Below are positions 58,192-64,000 of a stretch of DNA of 64,000 bases, one piece after another (the first letter of the stretch is position 1; every line of letters starts with the position of its first letter). A program made the position numbers and the translations under genes. This stretch comes from Oscillospiraceae bacterium (lineage in GTDB: Bacteria > Bacillota > Clostridia > Oscillospirales > Oscillospiraceae), in NCBI GenBank assembly GCA_963625655.1, contig CAVFTS010000005.1:1025-65024 (forward strand), read 5' to 3'. Under the pieces are notes generated by a model. It was not told the origin of the DNA. It made no database searches and saw only the letters and a program-made list of their open reading frames with translations.

Positions 58192-59415
58192 ATGGGAATT
58201 TATGAGGAACTGGTAGCCAGAGGTCTTATAGCTCAGGTCACCAACGAGGAAGAAATCAAGGAAATGATAAACGGCGGCAAAGCAACCTTCTACATCGGCT
58301 TTGACCCTACCGCCGATTCGCTGCACGTCGGGCATTTTATGGCGCTTTGCCTTATGAAGCGCTTGCAGATGGCGGGCAACAAGCCCGTTGTTCTCGTCGG
58401 CGGCGGAACCGGAATGATCGGCGACCCCTCCGGCAGAACGGATATGCGCAGCATGATGACCGTCGAGACCATTCAGCACAATTGCGACTGCTTCAAAAAG
58501 CAGATGGAGCGCTTTATCGACTTCGGACCCGACAAGGCGATAATGGTCAACAACGCAGACTGGCTCTTAAAACTCAATTACGTTGAGCTTCTGCGTGAGG
58601 TCGGCGCCTGCTTCTCCGTTAACAACATGCTCCGTGCCGAGTGCTACAAGCAGCGCATGGAGAAGGGACTCAGCTTCCTTGAGTTTAACTACATGATAAT
58701 GCAGAGCTACGACTTCTACTACCTGTTCCAGCACTACGGCTGCAATATGCAGTTCGGCGGAAACGACCAGTGGAGCAATATGCTCGGCGGTACCGAGCTT
58801 ATTCGCCGCAAGCTGGGCAAGGACGCTCACGCCATGACCATCACGCTCCTCTTAAACTCCGAGGGCAAGAAGATGGGCAAAACGGCATCAGGTGCGGTTT
58901 GGCTCGATCCGAACAAGACCAGCCCATTTGAGTTCTACCAGTACTGGCGCAACGTAAACGACGACGACGTTTTAAAGTGCATCCGTTTGCTGACCTTCCT
59001 GCCGCTTGAGCAGATAGACGAGATGGAGTCTTGGGAGGGCAGCCGGCTCAACCGTGCAAAGGAGATCCTTGCGTATGAGCTTACAGCACTCGTTCACGGT
59101 GAGGAGGAAGCCAAGAAAGCCGAGGAAGCCGCAAAGGCTCTGTTCGGCGGCGGTGCAGACGACAGCAATATGCCGAGTACCGAGCTTTGCAGCGATGACC
59201 TTTCGGACGGTAAGCTTGACATTATGACCGCTCTCGTAAAGTCCGGTCTGTGTGCGTCAAAGTCCGAGGCAAGACGAAACATCACGCAGGGCGGAGTCAG
59301 CGCAAACGACGTTAAGATCACTGACATTTCCGTCTCCTTTACCGAGGACGAGCTTAAAGACGGCGTCGTTCTTCGCCGTGGCAAGAAAAATTACAATAAA
59401 CTTGTGCTGATTTGA
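58192..59415 (+). CDS. tyrS: Tyrosine--tRNA ligase
   Basis: It has the HIGH motif (DSLHVGH), KMSKS-like KMGKT, GG.DQW.N, and a C-terminal S4 domain. It starts 1 nt after the upstream stop. Confidence 0.96.
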   Translation: MGIYEELVARGLIAQVTNEEEIKEMINGGKATFYIGFDPTADSLHVGHFMALCLMKRLQMAGNKPVVLVGGGTGMIGDPSGRTDMRSMMTVETIQHNCDCFKKQMERFIDFGPDKAIMVNNADWLLKLNYVELLREVGACFSVNNMLRAECYKQRMEKGLSFLEFNYMIMQSYDFYYLFQHYGCNMQFGGNDQWSNMLGGTELIRRKLGKDAHAMTITLLLNSEGKKMGKTASGAVWLDPNKTSPFEFYQYWRNVNDDDVLKCIRLLTFLPLEQIDEMESWEGSRLNRAKEILAYELTALVHGEEEAKKAEEAAKALFGGGADDSNMPSTELCSDDLSDGKLDIMTALVKSGLCASKSEARRNITQGGVSANDVKITDISVSFTEDELKDGVVLRRGKKNYNKLVLI

Positions 59416-59425
59416 GGTGTTATAA

Positions 59426-59905
59426 ATGTCAATCGAAAAAGGCCGTGCATATTTCCGCCGGTTCGGCATGCAGGACAGGGTAAGGGAGTTTACCGTCTCC
59501 AGCGCAACGGTCGAGCTTGCGGCTCTCGCTCTCGGAGTCGAGGGCGCACGCATTGCAAAAACGCTGTCCTTTAAGAGCGGCGACGGCTGCATACTCATCC
59601 TTGCTGCCGGCGATGCGAGGATCGACAACCACAAGTTCAAGGAAAAGTTCCACATGAAAGCGAAGATGCTCACTCCCGACGAGGTCCTCAGGCTCGTGGG
59701 TCATCCCGTAGGCGGCGTGTGTCCGTTCGGAATAAACGAGGGTATCGACGTGTACCTTGACGACAGCCTCAAGCGTTTCGAGACCGTTTTCCCCGCAGTC
59801 GGCAGTCCGAGCAGCGCAATAGAGCTTGACCTTGACGAGCTGTTTAAGTATTCAAACGCCGTCGAATGGATCGACGTGTGCAAGCTGCCCGAAGCAGTGG
59901 AATAA
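59426..59905 (+). CDS. YbaK/EbsC/ProX family aminoacyl-tRNA deacylase domain protein
   Basis: It has IAKTL.FK....ILILAAGD.RID..KFK and GHPVGGVCPFG, typical of the YbaK-type trans-editing fold. Confidence 0.8.
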   Translation: MSIEKGRAYFRRFGMQDRVREFTVSSATVELAALALGVEGARIAKTLSFKSGDGCILILAAGDARIDNHKFKEKFHMKAKMLTPDEVLRLVGHPVGGVCPFGINEGIDVYLDDSLKRFETVFPAVGSPSSAIELDLDELFKYSNAVEWIDVCKLPEAVE

Positions 59906-59942
59906 AAAATAAGCGGAAGCAATTGCTTTCCGCTTATTTTTT
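59904..59942. terminator. Bidirectional rho-independent terminator between convergent genes
   Basis: AAAAAATAAGCGGAAGC-AATT-GCTTTCCGCTTATTTTTT: a stem of about 10 bp with one bulge, flanked by an A-run and a T-run. Confidence 0.85.
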
Positions 59943-59947
59943 ATTCG

Positions 59948-60799
59948 TTACCAGAAGTAGTAAAAGTGCCACTCGTAGACGATTTCTCTGCCTTCATAAA
60001 AATCCGAGTATTCATCCCAATCGTATGCGTCTGAAAATGTGCCGATCATTTCACCGTCGTCATGCTCAAACTCCGACTCATACCATGTGTCGTTATCATA
60101 GTCTTCGTCTTTGCAGCTTATCACTCTGCCGAATATATCGAATTTATATTCTGATTCGTATGTAACGTTTCCGTCCTCGTCAAGCTCCTGAACCTTCACT
60201 CTGTGTTTGTCGTATACATCGGTCCATCTTAATTCTCCGTCTTCATCGTATACTTCATAATACCAAAGCCCGTCTTCCTTGTATGCTTCAACATTGTATT
60301 CAGCCTCGTATGTATCTTCAACATCACCGTATTCATCATAAGATATCCCTTCGATACTGTACCCGGTCCGGTTATGCTTTCCGTCGTACTCATAGGTGTA
60401 AACATATTTGTTGTAGACATCACCGTATTCATCGTAATAATACCGTACTCTTTCTGTCATATCGCCGTTGCTGTCAAATTCTCTTTCTTCCTTAATTGAG
60501 AGTTCCCCGTCATCATATATGTTGACTTCCGTAGCCAGCATAACGTGATTTCCGAAAATGTTTGTGACGAAGAACAGCACGGCAACAATGGCGAGCACGG
60601 CGACGACCGCAATGATGATTATCAGCGGTGTCTTGCTCTTTTTGGTCTTAACGGGCGCTTGAGCGTATGCCGTCGTCGGCGGGGTCTGATAAGCATATGC
60701 GTTGTTTGTCGGCGCAGCAGCGGGGAATTTGTATCCGCAGCCGGAGCAGAACGGGCGAATGTCATCCGTCTGCTTGCCGCAGTTGGGGCAGAATTTCAT
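59948..60799 (-). CDS. Zinc-ribbon, single-TM protein with a Tyr/Asp/Glu-rich repeat ectodomain (hypothetical)
   Basis: It has an N-terminal zinc ribbon (CPNCG...CSGCG), a Pro/Ala/Thr linker, and a TM helix (PLIIIIAVVAVLAIVAVLFFV). A ~190-aa domain follows with YD-repeat-like hairpin motifs (RYYYDEYGDV, SYDEYGDV, VYDEDGEL, LDEDGNVTYE). Confidence 0.7.
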   Translation of the reverse strand: MKFCPNCGKQTDDIRPFCSGCGYKFPAAAPTNNAYAYQTPPTTAYAQAPVKTKKSKTPLIIIIAVVAVLAIVAVLFFVTNIFGNHVMLATEVNIYDDGELSIKEEREFDSNGDMTERVRYYYDEYGDVYNKYVYTYEYDGKHNRTGYSIEGISYDEYGDVEDTYEAEYNVEAYKEDGLWYYEVYDEDGELRWTDVYDKHRVKVQELDEDGNVTYESEYKFDIFGRVISCKDEDYDNDTWYESEFEHDDGEMIGTFSDAYDWDEYSDFYEGREIVYEWHFYYFW

Positions 60800-60911
60800 T
60801 TACATCTCTCTCTTTCATTAATTCAATATGAAGATGTAAATATTTTATCATGTTATATATCACAGTCAAGACAGTTTGCGCTTTTCGTCATGATCTTCGT
60901 TTTATTGACTA

Positions 60912-60940
60912 TTGCACATCAACATATTGTGTAGTATAAT
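60912..60940 (+). promoter_or_regulatory. Candidate sigma-A promoter for rpe
   Basis: TTGCAC, a 17-nt spacer, then TATAAT (60935-60940). It leaves a leader of roughly 120 nt. Confidence 0.45.
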
Positions 60941-61068
60941 ATTTATGTAAAATTATGCAGACAGGGGATACCCCCCTTTAAGAGCATCCCCCGTGCATAT
61001 ATAAAAGCCTTGGGTGCGCACCCTCCGCTGTAACATTCTATGCTTTTGTAATATAAGAGGTTAATCGT

Positions 61069-61722
61069 ATGATAAAAATTGCTCCGTCCATTCTTTCCGC
61101 TGATTTCTCCCGCCTCGGAGAGGAGATCACCGATATCCGCTCCGGCGGTGCGGATTACATCCACTTTGACGTTATGGACGGGGAATTTGTCCCGAATATT
61201 TCGATAGGTATTCCGGTTTTAAAATCCCTCCGCAAGATAACGGATATGTTTATTGACGTGCATCTTATGATAACGACGCCGCTTCGCTTCGCAAAGGCAT
61301 TCTGCGATGCCGGTGCGGACCTTGTCGTCTTCCACGTCGAGGCGGATTCCTATCAGAACATATCCGATGCGATAGACGTCGTAAAGGCTCAGGGCAAAAA
61401 GGTCGGTCTTGCCGTAAAGCCCCGCACTCCCGCAGCCGTCCTCTATCCCTTTATCGAACGCCTTGACATCGTTCTCGTTATGACGGTCGAGCCGGGCTTC
61501 GGCGGGCAGAGCTTTATGCCCGATCAGCTTCCTAAGATCAAGGAGCTGCGCCAAGAGATCGAGCGCCGCAGGCTTGACTGTGAGCTTGAGGTGGACGGCG
61601 GCGTCGATCCCGTCACCGCAAAGCTTTGCAAAGCCGCCGGCGCTAATGTGCTCGTCGCCGGAAGCGCCGTGTTCGGCAAAGCCGACAGAGCGGCACAAAT
61701 TGCCGCAATAAGAAACGCATAA
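61069..61722 (+). CDS. rpe: Ribulose-phosphate 3-epimerase
   Basis: It has IAPSILSADF..LGEE, HFDVMDG.FVPN, DVHLM and VMTVEPGFGGQ.F. Confidence 0.96.
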   Translation: MIKIAPSILSADFSRLGEEITDIRSGGADYIHFDVMDGEFVPNISIGIPVLKSLRKITDMFIDVHLMITTPLRFAKAFCDAGADLVVFHVEADSYQNISDAIDVVKAQGKKVGLAVKPRTPAAVLYPFIERLDIVLVMTVEPGFGGQSFMPDQLPKIKELRQEIERRRLDCELEVDGGVDPVTAKLCKAAGANVLVAGSAVFGKADRAAQIAAIRNA

Positions 61723-61737
61723 ATCGGAGTTAGCGCC

Positions 61738-62343
61738 ATGTCATTTTTTCCTGCTTCACTTGAAACTCTTATAGATAAATTCGCTTCTCTTCCCGGAATC
61801 GGCAGAAAGAGCGCTCAGCGCTTGGCTTTTCACGTTCTTTCGCTGCCCGAAGGCGAAGCCGAGAGCTTTGCAAATGCCATACTCGACGCAAAGGCGAATG
61901 TCTGCACCTGCCGCATTTGCCACAACCTCACCGAGAACGAGATCTGCTCCATATGCGCAAGCGACCGCAGAGACAGAAGTACGGTCTGCGTCGTTGCCGA
62001 GCCTCGTGACGTGCTTTCCATTGAGCGCAGCAGGGAATATAACGGACTTTACCACGTTCTGCACGGTGTTCTTTCGCCCATCGGCAGGATAGGTCCCGAC
62101 GATCTGCGTATTGCCGAGCTTGTTAAGCGTGTTGCCGACGATGACAGTGAGATTTCCGAGGTAATAATGGCAACAAACCCCGACACCGAGGGTGACGCTA
62201 CGGCAATGTATATCTCCAGGCTTTTAAAGCCCTTTGACGTCAAGGTCACCAGACTTGCCTACGGTATTCCCGTCGGCTCGAACCTTGAATTTGCCGATGA
62301 TGCAACGCTTCTGCGTGCGATCGAGGGCAGAATTGAAATGTGA
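61738..62343 (+). CDS. recR: Recombination protein RecR
   Basis: It has LPGIGRKSAQRLAFH, the zinc finger C..C....E...C.IC, and a Toprim region (EVIMATNPD.EGDATA.Y). Confidence 0.96.
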   Translation: MSFFPASLETLIDKFASLPGIGRKSAQRLAFHVLSLPEGEAESFANAILDAKANVCTCRICHNLTENEICSICASDRRDRSTVCVVAEPRDVLSIERSREYNGLYHVLHGVLSPIGRIGPDDLRIAELVKRVADDDSEISEVIMATNPDTEGDATAMYISRLLKPFDVKVTRLAYGIPVGSNLEFADDATLLRAIEGRIEM

Positions 62344-62397
62344 ATTTAGGGATATAATCCCTTTATTACGGAAATAAGCTACATACCGAAATATGTT

Positions 62398-62456
62398 GGG
62401 GGGAGTCACCTCGCTGCGCTGTGAGTGTATCGAGGCTCCCTTTGTTTTGCGTTTTT
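62398..62456 (+). terminator. Terminator-like hairpin plus U-tract between recR and rnj
   Basis: GGGGAGTCACCTCG...CGAGGCTCCC (62398-62440) is followed by TTTGTTTTGCGTTTTT. It lies ~55 nt after the recR stop and only ~25 nt before the rnj start. Confidence 0.5.
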
Positions 62457-62481
62457 CGGAAAACTACGAAACGGAGTAATT

Positions 62482-64000
62482 ATGACACCAAAAATCAAAA
62501 TCATACCCCTTGGCGGTCTCGGAGAGATCGGTAAAAACATGACCGCATTTGAATGCGGTTCCGACATCATTGTCGTAGACTGCGGTCTCGGCTTTCCCGA
62601 CGAGCAGATGTACGGCATTGATATCGTCATACCCGATATAGCGTATCTGAAGGCAAACGCCTCTCGGATAAAGGGTATCATTCTTACCCACGGTCACGAG
62701 GACCACATCGGCGCCATACCTTATGTTATGAAGGCGCTCGACGTTCCTATATACGCAACTCCGCTCACCGCTGCGCTCGTTGAGCTGAAGCTTGAGGAGC
62801 ATGATCTGCTTTACAATACGCAGATATTCACAAAAAAGGCAGGCGACAGCTTCCGCCTCGGCTGCTTTACGGTCGAATTCATAAACGTCAACCACAGCAT
62901 AGCGGACGCCGTTGCGCTTGCCATCAAAACACCTCTCGGCACGATAATTCACACCGGAGACTTCAAGATCGACATTACCCCCATACAGGGCAAGATGATC
63001 GACTTGCCTCGCTTGGGTCAGCTCGGCAACGAGGGTGTGCTGGCTCTGCTCAGTGACTCGACGAATGTTGAGAAACCGGGCTATTCCGTCTCCGAAATGA
63101 AGGTCGGGGAGACCTTCGACAGACTGTTTAAAAACTGTGACCAGAGGATCATTGTTACGACCTTTGCCTCGAACGTTTACCGCTTGCAGCAGATTATTGA
63201 CGTTGCGGCAAAGTACAAGCGCAAGGTCGGCATAACGGGGCGCAGCATGGAGAATATCCTCAGAGTGGCGACCGTTCTCGGCTACCTAAGCGTGCCGGAA
63301 GGCGTCCTCATGGACATAGCGCAGCTAAACAAGATGCCGAAAAACAAGGTGGTTATCATATCGACCGGCAGTCAGGGCGAAGCCATGTCCGCACTTTACA
63401 GAATGGCGTTCTCCGAACACAGACAGATAAACATAGAGCCGGGTGACAGGGTCATCGTTTCCGCATCAGCCATCCCCGGCAACGAGAACATGATAAGCAA
63501 GGTTATTGACGAGCTGTTCCACAAGGGCGCAGAGGTTATTTACGACCGCAACACCGACCTTCACGTTTCGGGTCACGCCTCGCAGGAGGAGCAGAAGATG
63601 ATGCTTGCCCTCGTAAAGCCCAAGTACTTTATCCCCGTACACGGCGAATATCGTATGCTCGTCAAGCACGCAGAGCTGGGTAAGCTCATGGGTGTTCCGC
63701 CGAAAAACGTCGTTATCGCCGAAAACGGAAAGGTGATCGAAATAACGAAAAAGAGCATAAAGCTGAGCGGCAGCGTGCAGTCCGGCGCCGTCATGGTTGA
63801 CGGAACCGGCGTCGGCGACGTCGGCAGCGTCGTAATGCGTGACCGTCACAGGCTCGCCGAGGACGGTATGGTCGTTGTCGTGGTCACTCTCTCGTCTTGG
63901 GACAATGCAATGCTTGCGGAGCCTGAGATACTCACCAGGGGCTTTGTTTACGTTAAAGAGGCCGAGGAGATGCTTGTAGAGCTGAGACGTGTCACGAGAG
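62482..64000 (+). CDS. rnj: Ribonuclease J (5' part; runs off the window)
   Basis: I translated this by eye. It is absent from the ORF track because there is no stop in the window. The product begins MTPKIKIIPLGGLGEIGKNMTAFECGSDIIVVDCGLGFPD and contains the metallo-beta-lactamase motif THGHEDHIGAIPY. Confidence 0.9.
   Translation, partial: MTPKIKIIPLGGLGEIGKNMTAFECGSDIIVVDCGLGFPDEQMYGIDIVIPDIAYLKANASRIKGIILTHGHEDHIGAIPYVMKALDVPIYATPLTAALVELKLEEHDLLYNTQIFTKKAGDSFRLGCFTVEFINVNHSIADAVALAIKTPLGTIIHTGDFKIDITPIQGKMIDLPRLGQLGNEGVLALLSDSTNVEKPGYSVSEMKVGETFDRLFKNCDQRIIVTTFASNVYRLQQIIDVAAKYKRKVGITGRSMENILRVATVLGYLSVPEGVLMDIAQLNKMPKNKVVIISTGSQGEAMSALYRMAFSEHRQINIEPGDRVIVSASAIPGNENMISKVIDELFHKGAEVIYDRNTDLHVSGHASQEEQKMMLALVKPKYFIPVHGEYRMLVKHAELGKLMGVPPKNVVIAENGKVIEITKKSIKLSGSVQSGAVMVDGTGVGDVGSVVMRDRHRLAEDGMVVVVVTLSSWDNAMLAEPEILTRGFVYVKEAEEMLVELRRVTR

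Noticed and set aside
60321-60433. A 17-nt direct repeat spaced 96 nt apart might be a CRISPR-like or mobile-element repeat.
   Set aside because: There are only two copies and both lie inside a coding region in the same frame. They encode the duplicated peptide YDEYGDV, so this is an internal gene duplication.
1-64000. I searched the whole window for mobile elements, prophage genes, CRISPR arrays, toxin-antitoxin or defence-type cassettes, and rRNA/tRNA genes.
   Set aside because: I found no transposase, integrase, recombinase or phage structural motifs, no regularly spaced repeats, and no tRNA-like cloverleaf candidates in the intergenic regions. Nearly every ORF is assignable to a conserved housekeeping or sporulation family in a conserved order.

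Overview
This window looks like core chromosome from an endospore-forming Firmicute, with Clostridia-like gene content and order. I count about 75 protein-coding genes. All but two are on the + strand, and they are tightly packed with many overlapping stop/start junctions. Gene content by position:
- 1-8.6 kb: an M50 protease, a radical SAM pair of unknown function, rplS, lepB, rbgA, rnhB, yraN and thrC.
- 8.6-14.4 kb: tig, clpP, clpX and lon.
- 14.4-19.9 kb: engB, a second M50 protease, scpA/scpB, ytfI/ytfJ-like sporulation genes, a D-Ala-D-Ala carboxypeptidase and rluB.
- 20-24.8 kb: an RpiR-type regulator, an HI0933-type flavoprotein, cmk and an IspH-S1 fusion.
- 25-30.8 kb: carD-like, ispD, ispF, a DUF3343 plus class V aminotransferase pair, cdaA, cdaR and an RseC-like gene.
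- 30.8-42.1 kb: yicC, remA, gmk, rpoZ, priA, def, fmt, rsmB, rlmN, stp, prkC and rsgA.
- 42.4-43.9 kb: a disrupted DUF3794/LysM sporulation-type gene.
- 44-48.4 kb: a complete spoIIIAA-AH operon.
- 48.5-57.5 kb: asp23-like, nusB, xseA/xseB, ispA, dxs, tlyA, nadK, argR and recN.
- 57.5-59.9 kb: a Tyr-specific T-box leader in front of a C_GCAxxG_C_C gene, tyrS and a YbaK-family gene.
- 59.9-60.8 kb: a zinc-ribbon membrane protein on the minus strand.
- 61-64 kb: rpe, recR and the 5' part of RNase J, which runs off the window.
I saw no rRNA, tRNA, CRISPR array, transposase, integrase or phage genes. I did not find a convincing novel multi-gene accessory system, and the region reads as ordinary housekeeping and sporulation core. 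The items most worth a second look are:
- the frameshifted and amber-interrupted DUF3794/LysM gene directly upstream of an intact spoIIIA operon;
- the unusually short SpoIIIAG;
- the three-gene operon behind the Tyr T-box;
- the Tyr/Asp/Glu-rich repeat ectodomain protein;
- several unassigned leader structures.
All family assignments come from motif recognition by eye, not from database searches.
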